From Ignavibacteriales bacterium (lineage in GTDB: Bacteria > Bacteroidota > Ignavibacteria > UBA10030 > UBA6906): a stretch of 64,000 bases of DNA. Position numbers and translations under genes: made by a program. Positions 10,416 through 20,679 of the stretch are shown here, one piece after another (positions within the stretch are counted from its first letter, which is position 1; every line of letters starts with the position of its first letter). The stretch lies in NCBI GenBank assembly GCA_037441705.1, contig JBBIRR010000025.1:1-64000 (forward strand). Reading direction: 5' to 3'. Under the pieces are notes generated by a model that had not been told where the DNA came from, did no database searches, and was given only the letters and a program-made list of their open reading frames with translations.

Positions 10416-12008
10416 CTACCTCAAGAGCATGAGCTTTTTCCGTTCCACGTACGAGCCTGCAGTGAGTTCCAATAGATAAACGCCCGTGGCCCCGGACATC
10501 TTTTCATCGGATGCATTCCATTGCACGGAATGCCAGCCCTGCGTACAAACGGCATCCACGAGTGTCGCAACACGCCTTCCTACAAGATCGAAGACCCGCA
10601 GCAGCACACTGCCCGGGCGACCGACGTAGAAATCAATCGTTGTCGTCGGATTGAACGGGTTGGGATAGTTCTGCAGGAGTTGAAAATTTGGCTGCGGCGC
10701 GTCGAGCGAAGCAACGTGCGTCATGCCTGTCGTGTCGTTGATGGGCGCCGTCCACACGCTCAGCGTTGTTCCGTCCATCCTCATCCAAATCGGATAGATT
10801 TTCCTGTTGAGCGCGGCGATGCCGGTGTAGTCTCCGAAAAAGACCGATGCTTGAGGAGAGAACGACGATTGACTGACCCGGAAGTTCTGAAACGTCTCGC
10901 CGCCGTCGGTCGAGCGAGCGACGTACACGTCGGTTTGTGTGGTCGCATAATTTCGGCGATCATAAAACACGCAGTACAGGAATCCTGTTGCCGGATCGAT
11001 GGCCATCCACGAAAAGAATTGATGTGTTGTTGTGAAATCGTCGTTGACGCGCTTGATGCTGCTCCATGTGGTGCCGCCGTCCGTTGACTTGATCAGAAAC
11101 ACGTCAGTGTTGTTCAGACCGTTTCGCTGGTCGCTCCAGTTGATGTAAATCGTGCCCCGATACGGCGAGCGGCCTGTATCGCAGAGCGTGACGGGCAGAC
11201 CGTTCGCACGATAGATCCCCGGCACATCATAGTCCCAGCCCCCGGGTTGATCCGTCACGAAACGATCGCTGCCGAACGTTGCGCCGCCATCGGTTGATTT
11301 GTCGAACATAATGCCGAAGGGACCCGACCAGCTCAGATACACCTCGCCGTTGGGTCCCACCGCAGGCACCGCTCCTTCCACGGTGCTGTCACTGTCAATG
11401 CAGTTGCCGCCTCGGTCACTCACACGCACCGGCGTTGACCACGTGATGCCTCCGTCAGTGGAACGCGAAAGCAGAATGCGTGTACTATCGGCGGGTGAGG
11501 TGCTGCCGTACGCGTCGAACTCCGTCCACGCCGCATACAGGTTGTTGCGATAAGGCGATGCGGTCATATCCGCGATCAGCCACTCCTTGTCCTGATTGCG
11601 GCGAGGTGGATTGTAGCCGATGCCCGCTCCAGCATTCCATGTCGCTCCGCCGTCGGTGGACTTCTGAACGACGATCCGATCAATCCAATACCCTGGACTC
11701 GGAGGATTGGAGAGGTGACCGTAATACGCGTTGCCGAGCGCATCGAACGTAACACACGGATCGCCGTACACACCGTATGTCGAAGTGAGCTGAGACTCGA
11801 TCCATGTCAGCCCGCCGTCGGTTGAGCGATACGCGTAGCGAAGATTGGCTCCGGCGACCAGATTCGTCGGAGTGATCGGATTGATTGCAATGGATACTTC
11901 CTCCGGCTGGTTTGCCGTCGGACTGCTTACTCGCACGTTCGGATATTGGGCCGAGACCCCGATGGGGATGATGAGCAAGCCGATGAGGAACACATATGAT
12001 TTCATCAT
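10416..12008 (-). CDS. Secreted BNR/Asp-box beta-propeller (sialidase-like) protein with T9SS C-terminal sorting domain
   Basis: Signal peptide; six STDGGxTW/F Asp-boxes; C-terminal LLQNYPNPFNPTTTI...GVYLLEL...KKLMLLR. Confidence 0.88.
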   Translation of the reverse strand: MMKSYVFLIGLLIIPIGVSAQYPNVRVSSPTANQPEEVSIAINPITPTNLVAGANLRYAYRSTDGGLTWIESQLTSTYGVYGDPCVTFDALGNAYYGHLSNPPSPGYWIDRIVVQKSTDGGATWNAGAGIGYNPPRRNQDKEWLIADMTASPYRNNLYAAWTEFDAYGSTSPADSTRILLSRSTDGGITWSTPVRVSDRGGNCIDSDSTVEGAVPAVGPNGEVYLSWSGPFGIMFDKSTDGGATFGSDRFVTDQPGGWDYDVPGIYRANGLPVTLCDTGRSPYRGTIYINWSDQRNGLNNTDVFLIKSTDGGTTWSSIKRVNDDFTTTHQFFSWMAIDPATGFLYCVFYDRRNYATTQTDVYVARSTDGGETFQNFRVSQSSFSPQASVFFGDYTGIAALNRKIYPIWMRMDGTTLSVWTAPINDTTGMTHVASLDAPQPNFQLLQNYPNPFNPTTTIDFYVGRPGSVLLRVFDLVGRRVATLVDAVCTQGWHSVQWNASDEKMSGATGVYLLELTAGSYVERKKLMLLR

Positions 12009-12046
12009 AGTCATTCTTTTCTCGTGTTCGATGACACGCGACGGCG

Positions 12047-13699
12047 TCATTCCGGAAGCGTAGGATGCTTCACATGAAAGCCCGTCGCATCCTGGTATGC
12101 TTTCGCAAATGCAAGCAGCGTTCCTTCTTCAAATAATTTCCCGATGAAGGTGATACTCGTCGGTGTGCCTTCCTTGTTGAATCCGTTCGGCACAACCACG
12201 CACGGATGTCCCGTGAGATTCGTCAGCAGAAGGTTGTTGCCTTCAAGTGACGGGGCAACGTAGAGGTCGACCTTCTTGAACAGTGCGGCCATTTCCTGGA
12301 CAAGCAGAAAGCGAATGCGGTTTGCCTGAATGTACTCCACCGCCGGAATGAATCGCGAGGCGCGAAAGACATTCGGCCACGCATTCTTGATCTGCCGGAC
12401 AAGAAAATCGTCCTTTCCCGATCGCGTCAGCTCGTCAAATGCTGCCGCAGCTTCAGCCGAAAGGATGAACGATAAATGCTGGATAGGCAGCTTCGGAAGT
12501 TCGATCGGAATGAGATTCACGCCCATTGCACGCAATCGGGAGAGCGTCGAGTCGTTCTGTTCCTTGTTGAATTTGGCGCTATCAAAATCGGCTTTGAGGT
12601 ACCCGACTCTGAGCTTCTGAAGATTGATGCGAGGCGAGTAGTTGAAGGGTACATCGTACACCGACGGATCCTTCCCGTCCGGCCCGTAGATGGCGTTGAA
12701 CACGATGGCGCAATCCTCAACGGTTCTGCAGATAGGCCCGATCTTGTCCATGGACCAGCTGAGCGCCATCGCGCCGGCACGGCTGACGCGCCCGTAGGTT
12801 GGACGCAGACCCGTCGTGCCGCATCGATTGGACGGCGAAACAATCGAGCCCCACGTTTCCGTACCGATGCTGAAGCCGACAAGTCCCGCTGCCGTCGCGG
12901 CGGCCGATCCCGCCGAGGATCCGCTGGATCCTTGTTCGAGATTCCAGGGATTGCGCGTCTTGCCGCCGAACCACACATCACCCCACGCAAGTTCTCCGAG
13001 TGTAAGTTTTGCCACCAACACGGCACCGGCTTGTTCGAGGCGTTGAATGACCGTGGCATCTTCGTCAATGACCTGATCTTTGAAAGGCACCGATCCCCAC
13101 GTCGTTTTGATGCCGCGGGTTGCAAGCAGGTCTTTCGCACCGTACGGGATGCCGTGCAGGAGCCCGCGATAGTTTCCTGCTGCGATCTCCGTGTCTGCGC
13201 GGCGTGCTTGAGCAAGCGCAAGCGATTCGGTAAGAGTGATGACGCACTCGAGCATCGGCCCGTATTTCTTCAACCGCGCGAGATACATGCGCGTCAGCTC
13301 CTCCGAGGTGACCTTCCGCGCTCTGATCAGCGCGGCAAGCTCACCAATGGATGCAAAGGCGAGATCGTCCAGACGTGCGGGGCGTGCTACGCCTTTGACG
13401 CGGCTAACGTCGAAGCGTGACCGCTGTGAAGGCAAGCGCACGTCTATCGGAATCGGATTAAACCCGAATGCCGGAGGGACGCTGTTCGGGAGAGCGATGG
13501 TCCTCAGCGCGAGATATGAGGCGAGCTGTTCATTCAAGTCATCTATCATCGAATCGCGTTTGACATCTGTGAACGTCAAACCAATCAGCGACTCGGCATG
13601 CGCCACCATCTCTTTCGTGATGGAGTAAGAGGGTGACGGGGTTTGGGCAGACCCGCCGAGGGGTAGAAGAACGATCAAGAGGGGAATGAATCGGTTCAT
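12047..13699 (-). CDS. Secreted amidase (amidase signature family)
   Basis: HGIPYGAKDL, GSSGSSAGSA, GTETWGSIVSPS catalytic motifs; signal peptide MNRFIPLLIVLL. Confidence 0.92.
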   Translation of the reverse strand: MNRFIPLLIVLLPLGGSAQTPSPSYSITKEMVAHAESLIGLTFTDVKRDSMIDDLNEQLASYLALRTIALPNSVPPAFGFNPIPIDVRLPSQRSRFDVSRVKGVARPARLDDLAFASIGELAALIRARKVTSEELTRMYLARLKKYGPMLECVITLTESLALAQARRADTEIAAGNYRGLLHGIPYGAKDLLATRGIKTTWGSVPFKDQVIDEDATVIQRLEQAGAVLVAKLTLGELAWGDVWFGGKTRNPWNLEQGSSGSSAGSAAATAAGLVGFSIGTETWGSIVSPSNRCGTTGLRPTYGRVSRAGAMALSWSMDKIGPICRTVEDCAIVFNAIYGPDGKDPSVYDVPFNYSPRINLQKLRVGYLKADFDSAKFNKEQNDSTLSRLRAMGVNLIPIELPKLPIQHLSFILSAEAAAAFDELTRSGKDDFLVRQIKNAWPNVFRASRFIPAVEYIQANRIRFLLVQEMAALFKKVDLYVAPSLEGNNLLLTNLTGHPCVVVPNGFNKEGTPTSITFIGKLFEEGTLLAFAKAYQDATGFHVKHPTLPE

Positions 13700-13746
13700 A
13701 TTGCTTTCTTTCACTTGTTCCGTTGGTGGTGATGAAACAGTTTCGC

Positions 13747-14340
13747 TCAGGCGAAGAAAGTCAAACTGAAAACGAAAGCTGCGCCGATGGAAGCGCCGAG
13801 AACGCCGCCCAGGAGGACCTCCATTACGGTATGCCTGCCGAGTGCGACGCGGGACCAGCCGACGAGCATGGCAAGAAGCAGAACAGCGCCGCCAAGAGTC
13901 GGTTTGAAAAAGAACAACGTTTCCGCCGCAAAGACGGCAAAACCGGTGTGCAGCGATACCTTGACCCGCGTGTTGAGTACAAACGCCGCACCAACGAGTG
14001 CAATGATGGAGACAGCGCCGAGCGGAATTGCACGCGGCACGTCGGCGGCCCACGAAAGAAGAGCAACGATCAGCAGAAGAGGAAAAAGGATTGCGTAGAA
14101 TTGATTCCGCTGCCGCTGGTCGGAAACATCGAGGTCGCCCCATGTTCCGCGCTGCACGCGCAGAATGGTGTACACGCTTGCCGGAATAATGACCACGCCA
14201 AGAGCGGTAAGCTCTACCAGCATCGCCTCCCGCGGCGGCAGAAGGTGAAAGGCTACAATGCCCGTCAACAACGGCATGAGCAGAAACGGATGGCCGATGA
14301 TCGAGATAAGGCGCGCGGCTTTTACGTGCGAAGCATTCAT
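13747..14340 (-). CDS. PAP2-like membrane phosphatase family protein
   Basis: Multi-TM protein with KVSLH and WSRVALGRHTxxE motifs. Confidence 0.75.
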   Translation of the reverse strand: MNASHVKAARLISIIGHPFLLMPLLTGIVAFHLLPPREAMLVELTALGVVIIPASVYTILRVQRGTWGDLDVSDQRQRNQFYAILFPLLLIVALLSWAADVPRAIPLGAVSIIALVGAAFVLNTRVKVSLHTGFAVFAAETLFFFKPTLGGAVLLLAMLVGWSRVALGRHTVMEVLLGGVLGASIGAAFVFSLTFFA

Positions 14341-14355
14341 CAGTCACTCAGGCTG

Positions 14356-14811
14356 CTATGCACCGGCCGCCGCCGATTCGCCGCCCCGTTGTTCCACGTA
14401 ACCCTCTCTCATCCACCGTCCGATGTCTTCGTGACGCAGGTAGGCGGTCTTCAGCTTATGGAAACCGAGTCTTCTGTAAAACTCTTCGTGTGCCGGCACA
14501 CTCACCAGAAGCACGGAACGCTTTGGGAGCCGTTGCAGAAGATATTGCATAATCGTACTCCCGATGCCGCGACGCTGATACTCGGGCAGGACCACAACGT
14601 CGAAGATCGCGGAGTTTGTCACGCCGTCGGAGATGGCTCTGCCCGCGCCCACCAGCGTTCCATCCATCTCGGCAAAACAACAGAGATAACTGCTGGAGAA
14701 TGCGGCGCGTACCACCTCGGTATCGCGCCTGCCCAGCGGCGCGCGCTCGATAACGGTTCGCAGCTCCTCCCAGTTGACCCGGGAGATGTCACTATGATAC
14801 GTGACCGTCAT
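14356..14811 (-). CDS. GNAT family N-acetyltransferase
   Basis: DVVVLPEYQRRGIGS acetyl-CoA motif A; FYRRLGF. Confidence 0.9.
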   Translation of the reverse strand: MTVTYHSDISRVNWEELRTVIERAPLGRRDTEVVRAAFSSSYLCCFAEMDGTLVGAGRAISDGVTNSAIFDVVVLPEYQRRGIGSTIMQYLLQRLPKRSVLLVSVPAHEEFYRRLGFHKLKTAYLRHEDIGRWMREGYVEQRGGESAAAGA

Positions 14812-14872
14812 TTCCCCTCCGAACATCCACAAACCATCGCAACAGCCCGCTCACAATTCCGATCGTTGATCC

Positions 14873-15199
14873 TCACACAGGATTGCCGAATTCATCCTTC
14901 AACTGTCCCGTTTTCATCAAGCGAACCGTATCCCGATCGATCAGATAGTGACCTTTGGCATCTGTGTCGCGCGTACCCACAATGAGCAAGATCGTGTCGA
15001 TCAACGCCCATATCCCACATCCTCCAAGCGTCAGAAGCTTGACAATGCCAAGACCGATATCACCGAGATAGAACCGATCTGCGCCGAATGCGCCGAGCCA
15101 CATGGCAAGCAGGATGGCCGTGCTCTTGCTCTTGGACGAAGCAATAGGTCCCGTCGGAGCAGTTGGCCCGACTTGAGCTGGTGTGGGAACGTCTGTCAT
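14873..15199 (-). CDS. TM2 domain-containing membrane protein
   Basis: [24 protein letters not shown]...[14 protein letters not shown]. Confidence 0.92.
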   Translation of the reverse strand: MTDVPTPAQVGPTAPTGPIASSKSKSTAILLAMWLGAFGADRFYLGDIGLGIVKLLTLGGCGIWALIDTILLIVGTRDTDAKGHYLIDRDTVRLMKTGQLKDEFGNPV

Positions 15200-15238
15200 A
15201 CGAACCTCCGCAGATTAGTGAGATGGATTGAGGATGAT

Positions 15239-15652
15239 TTACAACGCGCCGAGTTTGGCAAGCCACGTCGCACAAACGGCTGCGGTCGCAAGACCTATAA
15301 GAATTCTTGTAGTGATCTTATCAGGAGAAAGTTGGTAATCCACGCTCGTTGCCAGAAGAATGCACAGCCTGAGGAATTGGAGGAGAAGCAACAGGGTCAC
15401 CGGAAACACCAGCGGATTCATTTTCGCAGCGTGTGCAATCTGTCCGTGCGCGAGATAGATGCACGCCCTTGTCAGTCCGCAGGCGGCGCACGGCAACCCC
15501 GTTACGTTGTTGAACAGACACAGTGAAAATGATGTGCGCTCGAATGGATCAACCGTTAGACAGACGAGCAATGCCAGCATGAGTACCGTAATGCCGGCAA
15601 ACGTCGCAGGATGTCGGGCATCGGCTGGTGGTCTTTTGGTTCTGCTGATCAT
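15239..15652 (-). CDS. DUF2752 domain membrane protein
   Basis: CLFNNVTGLPCAACGLTRA...A..MNPL motif; adjacent to a TM2 gene. Start is uncertain. Confidence 0.8.
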   Translation of the reverse strand: MISRTKRPPADARHPATFAGITVLMLALLVCLTVDPFERTSFSLCLFNNVTGLPCAACGLTRACIYLAHGQIAHAAKMNPLVFPVTLLLLLQFLRLCILLATSVDYQLSPDKITTRILIGLATAAVCATWLAKLGAL

Positions 15653-15914
15653 GCTCGAGGTTGCCACCTGATAGCAGCGGCTGGAAAGACAATGGTACGA
15701 CGCAGGTCGTCTCCGTCTCACAGGTTGGTCAGCTCGTGTTCGGTCTTGCACAAACCTGCTCGAAAGCTCCGATGAGACGCAACACGATACGAAATTACAA
15801 CCGCATGCAAAATACCGATGATGCATGACAAAAGCAAAACTCTACACCCATGCATTGCGGCTTCATCGAGAAAGACTTTCTGCCAGCGAAGGAGGTTCAG
15901 TTTCTGATCTTACC

Positions 15915-15943
15915 TTGAAATTAGAGAGCGTAATTGCTATATT
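15915..15943 (+). promoter_or_regulatory. sigma70-type promoter of tRNA-Asp
   Basis: TTGAAA-N17-TATATT with extended -10 TGn, 18 nt upstream of the tRNA. Confidence 0.65.
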
Positions 15944-15960
15944 GCTCTGCGCAAAGTTAC

Positions 15961-16035
15961 GGGGTAGTAGCTCAGTTTGGTTAGAGCGCCTGCCTGTCAC
16001 GCAGGAGGTCGCGGGTTCGAGTCCCGTCTGCCCCG
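15961..16035 (+). tRNA. tRNA-Asp(GUC); CCA not encoded
   Basis: Acceptor stem GGGGTAG/CTGCCCC, D arm GCTC..GAGC, anticodon stem CCTGC-CTGTCAC-GCAGG, T loop TTCGAGT, discriminator G. Confidence 0.97.
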
Positions 16036-16051
16036 CATGCAACTCAAACAC

Positions 16052-16080
16052 GAAGCCTGGCATCAACAGGCTTTTTTTAT
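16052..16080 (+). terminator. Intrinsic terminator after tRNA-Asp
   Basis: AAGCCTG-loop-CAGGCTT followed by a T run. Confidence 0.8.
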
Positions 16081-16106
16081 GTCCTGACACAATATGAAAG
16101 GCTACG

Positions 16107-16478
16107 ATGACCTATCCCGGCGAAGTGACGGATCACGAAGTGCAGTCGACCGAAACAGGCTTACGATATATCGACATGAGAGTTGGTACTGGCGCGCGGC
16201 CCACGGCTGGCAACAAAGTGACGGTACATTACACCGGATATCTTCTCGATGGCAGGAAGTTCGACAGTTCCATTGATCGTCAAGAGCCGTTCACGTTTGT
16301 TCTGGGGCACGGTCACGTGATCCGAGGATGGGACGAAGGAGTGGGCTCGATGAACAAAGGCGGGAAGCGCAAGCTGATTATCCCGTCGGAACTTGCCTAT
16401 GGGAAGCGGGGGATTGGCTCCGTCATTCCCCCGAACGCCGAGTTGGTGTTCGATGTTGAACTGCTTGACGTAAGCTAA
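16107..16478 (+). CDS. FKBP-type peptidyl-prolyl cis-trans isomerase
   Basis: VHYTGYL.DG.KFDSS.DR, VIRGWDEG, LAYG, IPPNAELVFDVELL. Confidence 0.96.
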   Translation: MTYPGEVTDHEVQSTETGLRYIDMRVGTGARPTAGNKVTVHYTGYLLDGRKFDSSIDRQEPFTFVLGHGHVIRGWDEGVGSMNKGGKRKLIIPSELAYGKRGIGSVIPPNAELVFDVELLDVS

Positions 16479-16501
16479 CACAGAACAGAGGAGGGAGACT
16501 T

Positions 16502-16957
16502 ATGCGACATCGTTCGTTGTTAGTTGCTGCCTTGTTAGCCTGCAGTAGTGTTCCTGTCCTATCTCAGCAGAGGGGATTTGGGCTTGGCGTTATTCTCGGC
16601 GAACCAACGGGCATCAGCGCCAAAGGATGGGTTTCCGGTGCCAATGCTGTTGATGTTGGGCTGGCGTGGTCGTTTCGGCGTCGAGGCCACGTTCACATTC
16701 ACGCAGATTACCTCTGGCACTTCACCAACGTGTTCAAGACGACCGAACGGTTTGTTCTGTACACGGGGTTGGGCGGACGCTTAGCTGCCGGCCGCGGCGA
16801 CGGGATCTTCGGCATGCGGATCGTGGGCGGTTTTGCCTGGTGGGGTCGCAGCGTCCCGCTTGAGGTGTTTGTCGAACTGGCACCCATTCTCGATCTCGTT
16901 CCCGCAACGGAACTGAGCGCCAACGGCGGGATCGGCATCCGTTACTACTTTCCATAA
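16502..16957 (+). CDS. Small outer-membrane beta-barrel protein (DUF3996-like)
   Basis: Signal peptide; FGLGVILGEPTGISAK; HADYLWH; C-terminal GIGIRYYF beta-signal. Confidence 0.7.
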   Translation: MRHRSLLVAALLACSSVPVLSQQRGFGLGVILGEPTGISAKGWVSGANAVDVGLAWSFRRRGHVHIHADYLWHFTNVFKTTERFVLYTGLGGRLAAGRGDGIFGMRIVGGFAWWGRSVPLEVFVELAPILDLVPATELSANGGIGIRYYFP

Positions 16958-16976
16958 TCATCACACAGACAAAACC

Positions 16977-18401
16977 GTGAAAATACAATCTTACTTTCTC
17001 TGCCTCGTTACGTGCATTGCTGTTGCGGCCCATGGACAGGTTTCGTACGAGCGCTTTTTCGAGACGAAAACACTTCGGGTCGATTTTTTCCACAGCGGAA
17101 CGAAAGGAGAGGAGAGCTTCAGTCTCGATGAGTTGATCGAGGAAGGGGAGTGGCCCGGAAGCCGCAACAATCTGATTGACACGCTGAACCTGGGCGAGTA
17201 TCTTGCTCGGGTCTATGACCTGCAAACCAACATGCTGGTGTTCTCCCGTGGATACTCGACAATCTTCGGCGAGTGGCAAACGACCGATGAAGCATCACGA
17301 GGAATGGCACGGACTTTTTCCGAGACGATTCGACTTCCGTATCCGAAAAGGCCGTTTCAGCTTGCCATCGCCCGCCGCGACAAGCGCATGCAGTTTCACG
17401 AGTTGTGGTCAATCACCATCGATCCGCGTGACCCGATGCAGGTCAACAAAGCGCCGACACGGTTTGCGTTCAAGACTTCTTTGCTCATGGGGAATGGCGC
17501 ACCTCAGCAAAAGGTTGATATCGCCATCATCGGGGACGGGTACACAACGTCGGAGATGCAAAAGCTCCGTGCCGATGCAAAGCATTTCAACGAGGCAATG
17601 TTTGCCACCGAACCGTTCAAGAGCTACAAAGCAGCCTTTAATGTCTGGTTGGTCGAGGCTGTATCCGAAGAAGCGGGCATAGACATTCCGGACCGGAACG
17701 TATGGAAACGGAACATACTCGGATGTCGCTACAACACGTTCGGTTTGCCCCGATATGTTCTGACGACGGAAAACAAAACGCTGCGCGACGTTGCCGCGGC
17801 CGTGCCGTATGACTTTGTCTGCATTTTGGTCAACGACAGCCGATACGGCGGCGGCGGTATCTACAACCTCTATGCTACCACCTACACGAATGAAAAAGTG
17901 AAGGGGCAGGAGTGGCAAATGGAGTACGTCTATGTTCACGAGTTCGGCCATTCCTTCGGCGGACTGGGCGATGAGTACTACGGCTCGACCGTCGCGTATA
18001 CCGATTTCTACGCGCCCGGCGTGGAACCGTGGGAGCCGAACATTACCGCGCTTGTGAGCAAGGAGACCCTGAAGTGGAAGCAACTTGTCGAAGAGGGTAC
18101 GCCACTTCCAACGCCATGGGAGAAAGCGCAGTTCGACAGTCTCGAGGCCGAGAGAGCAAAACTTGATCGCCTGGCTCCCGATTACTATGAGAAGCGTGAG
18201 CCGATCCTGAAGGCGCAAACAAGTTTACTTCGCCGGTCAGCATACGCGGGAAAGGTGGGCGCGTTCGAGGGAGCCGGCTATGCAAGCAAGGGATTGTATA
18301 GGCCGGCAGTTGATTGTCGGATGTTTACGCTGAGTTTGGTAGACTTCGATCCTGTGTGCCGTGCCGCAATTCGCAGGGTGATCGAGTTCCATACAAAATA
18401 A
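16977..18401 (+). CDS. Peptidase M64 (IgA peptidase) family, secreted
   Basis: DIAIIGDGYT, YGGGG, zinc motif HEFGHSFGGLGDEY, GAFEGAGY...YRP..DCRM. Confidence 0.92.
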   Translation: MKIQSYFLCLVTCIAVAAHGQVSYERFFETKTLRVDFFHSGTKGEESFSLDELIEEGEWPGSRNNLIDTLNLGEYLARVYDLQTNMLVFSRGYSTIFGEWQTTDEASRGMARTFSETIRLPYPKRPFQLAIARRDKRMQFHELWSITIDPRDPMQVNKAPTRFAFKTSLLMGNGAPQQKVDIAIIGDGYTTSEMQKLRADAKHFNEAMFATEPFKSYKAAFNVWLVEAVSEEAGIDIPDRNVWKRNILGCRYNTFGLPRYVLTTENKTLRDVAAAVPYDFVCILVNDSRYGGGGIYNLYATTYTNEKVKGQEWQMEYVYVHEFGHSFGGLGDEYYGSTVAYTDFYAPGVEPWEPNITALVSKETLKWKQLVEEGTPLPTPWEKAQFDSLEAERAKLDRLAPDYYEKREPILKAQTSLLRRSAYAGKVGAFEGAGYASKGLYRPAVDCRMFTLSLVDFDPVCRAAIRRVIEFHTK

Positions 18402-18436
18402 CAACGTGACCGCCGTTGTGTCCGACGGTCACGTTG
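18402..18436. terminator. Hairpin terminator between convergent genes
   Basis: CAACGTGACCG...CGGTCACGTTG 11-bp inverted repeat; T-rich tail on the minus strand. Confidence 0.65.
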
Positions 18437-18479
18437 CATGAACTGCGTGCGATGGGGGAGTTCGCACGCACCACGAGCG

Positions 18480-19748
18480 TTATGCGTTTGGCTTGGCTGC
18501 AACCGGTTCCTGATTCTGCGCCGGTTTCGGTTTCCGGGTCAGGAACCACCACCCCACCAGAATCACCGCAATGACGTTGGCAATCCAAAACACGATCTGC
18601 CAGTTGAAGCGCTCCTTGTGAAGCTGACTCACGAGGCGGTCGAGCGAGGCGTATTCGAGTTTTCCTAACATGCTTTCACTTTCCAACGCGCCCCTCCAAT
18701 CCTTGTCAATCCGTTGAATCCAGATTTCGTCAACAAAGATCTTGGTGTTGTCATCCGAGTTCTGTTTGGCGGATTCGACATAGGATCGGATACTCGCCGC
18801 AAAACTCTTCCCATCGTTGAACGGCTGGACAGCAATGTTCCGGGAGCTGAATTCGTTCATCAGGCCTGCCCAGAAGGACGCGTCAAGTTTTGTGCGCCAC
18901 TCGACGAGGGCAGCGTCCACCTGTTCGGCTTCATTGGTCTGTGGAACCGCCTGCTTTCCCTTTGCCCGCGTTGTGCCTGGCGTGCTCGCCGCAACCGCAG
19001 CGCTGAGTTTCTCCTTCAATCCCGACCAGCGATTCTTGAACTGCTCGTACTGGTTCACGAGGACGGCGTAATCTTTTGCTTCAAGTTTCGTTGAGCCGAG
19101 AAATGTGATGTTGTCCTGTGCGATGTCAGCAATGCGTGCAAGGATGTTTGCCTTTTCTAAGCGCTGAGCAAGAGCTTCCTTCTGTACTTCGGAGAGTTGG
19201 TCCAGGTTCTTCCCGAAAGGTAAGAAGATCGAATCCACGAGTGCGCTGACCAGACGATCCTTGGCGTTGAGGTTGTCGCGCAGGCGTTTCACCAGTTCGC
19301 GCTGCTCTGCGAGGGACGTCTGTGCAGATTTTAGCTGAGCAATGAGCATTTCGCGCTCGGCGTTCAGTCCTTCGATCTGCGTGTTCAGGATCGCGATTTG
19401 ATTCTCGAGCGCAGCGATCTTATCGCTCTGCTCCTGAATCGTCGTGTTCTTGTACTGCGCCAGGGTGTACTGATCGCGCAGTTCGTCAATCATGCTTTCC
19501 AGCGTCTTGGGATGGAAGGCGCCGGCAATCAGTTTGCTGTGCTCGGCAAACTCTTGCTCGAGTGCGCCGATGCGGCTCGAAAGCAGTGCCATCTGATCCC
19601 GAGTACGGGCAGAATCAATGTCACGCTTCAGCGTTTCATACGTTTGCCGAAAACGCTCTTTGATCTCGTAATCGGATTCTTGCGCCAGAGAGAATCCGAT
19701 GAAAACAAGAAGTGCAAGCGCTGTCGAGAGTAATTGTTGGAAGTTCAT
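18480..19748 (-). CDS. Hypothetical exported coiled-coil protein with C-terminal TM anchor
   Basis: Signal peptide (..FSLA-QE), long heptad-rich region, C-terminal hydrophobic helix followed by a basic tail. Confidence 0.75.
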   Translation of the reverse strand: MNFQQLLSTALALLVFIGFSLAQESDYEIKERFRQTYETLKRDIDSARTRDQMALLSSRIGALEQEFAEHSKLIAGAFHPKTLESMIDELRDQYTLAQYKNTTIQEQSDKIAALENQIAILNTQIEGLNAEREMLIAQLKSAQTSLAEQRELVKRLRDNLNAKDRLVSALVDSIFLPFGKNLDQLSEVQKEALAQRLEKANILARIADIAQDNITFLGSTKLEAKDYAVLVNQYEQFKNRWSGLKEKLSAAVAASTPGTTRAKGKQAVPQTNEAEQVDAALVEWRTKLDASFWAGLMNEFSSRNIAVQPFNDGKSFAASIRSYVESAKQNSDDNTKIFVDEIWIQRIDKDWRGALESESMLGKLEYASLDRLVSQLHKERFNWQIVFWIANVIAVILVGWWFLTRKPKPAQNQEPVAAKPNA

Positions 19749-20242
19749 CAGCGTCCCTCCGCTCGTAGTTCTTGTGGTTCGAAAATGTCATCTCCGGTGA
19801 GGAGCAGCCGTACAGACGTGCCGTCGAGAACTTCCACGTATGGGCTGCGTTGATTGAGGGCCGGCTTCCGCAGTCCCTGTTGCGAGACTTCGAGTCGGTT
19901 GTGAAGCGCAAGTTGACCGGCTTGAGGACTCATCACGTACACATGCTTGAATTGGGCAGCGGTGATGAAGTAATAGCCTTCGGTATTGCGAAGAAGGCGA
20001 ATCTCTTTCCCCTTGAGGGCGTTCGGGTTGTGAAATTCCTGCTCTGCGAGGGGAGCGACGTTGAACGTGAGAGCATGTCGTCCTTCAAAGACAGTGTTGT
20101 TCTCTTGCACGGTGAGCACACTCTCGACGGGCCAGGCATAATCAACCTGCTCAAGGATGAGCGACGAGCAGGCGGGAAGCAACAACGCTACGCTGACAAT
20201 CAAGGCCACGAACCCTGTTTGCCGCGCTCCGTTACGTGTCAT
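19748..20242 (-). CDS. Hypothetical lipoprotein
   Basis: GGAGG RBS; lipobox LLPAC; stop overlaps the start of the next gene. Confidence 0.7.
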   Translation of the reverse strand: MTRNGARQTGFVALIVSVALLLPACSSLILEQVDYAWPVESVLTVQENNTVFEGRHALTFNVAPLAEQEFHNPNALKGKEIRLLRNTEGYYFITAAQFKHVYVMSPQAGQLALHNRLEVSQQGLRKPALNQRSPYVEVLDGTSVRLLLTGDDIFEPQELRAEGR

Positions 20243-20679
20243 CTCGTACCTCCAACTGTTAAGGGGAAAAATATCAAACAAAAAATACGAACTACAGCAC
20301 AGATGGGCAAGTTAATTGTTCTTAATAGCTGTTGGGCTCGATAGCTGCAAGAATGGGAAGAACGGGAAGCACTCGTTGGCTCTTTGCAGAGGCCATCCGT
20401 CGCCTGCAAATTATGCTCGCTCGTATGGGTCGAGCCACCTTCAACAGCGTGTTCGGACCTCGTTCAGTTCCGAATCTGTTTGCTTCGGCAATCGGGCGGA
20501 CTGTTGGACGTGGTAAGCAGTACTTCGAACAGAAAATGACTGCCGGCGCCATGAAACCACCAACTTGGGTCTCTTGCAAGAGAGTGTGAAAATGTTGCGG
20601 AATGAGTTGCTTTCCAAGCGAGATTGATGTACCTTTGACTCGTCGCCCTTACCTTAGTCCTTACCAACTTTCCCAAGAC

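Noticed and set aside
13699-14985. 766-aa amidase N-terminal extension and the 420-aa plus-strand ORF 13723-14985
   Set aside because: Both overlap better-supported PAP2 and GNAT genes and have no motifs; they are shadow ORFs typical of GC-rich DNA, as are most other antisense ORFs in the track.
15961-16110. tRNA-Asp as an integration site for an island
   Set aside because: No integrase and no duplicated tRNA 3' end were seen; the flanks are ordinary genes.
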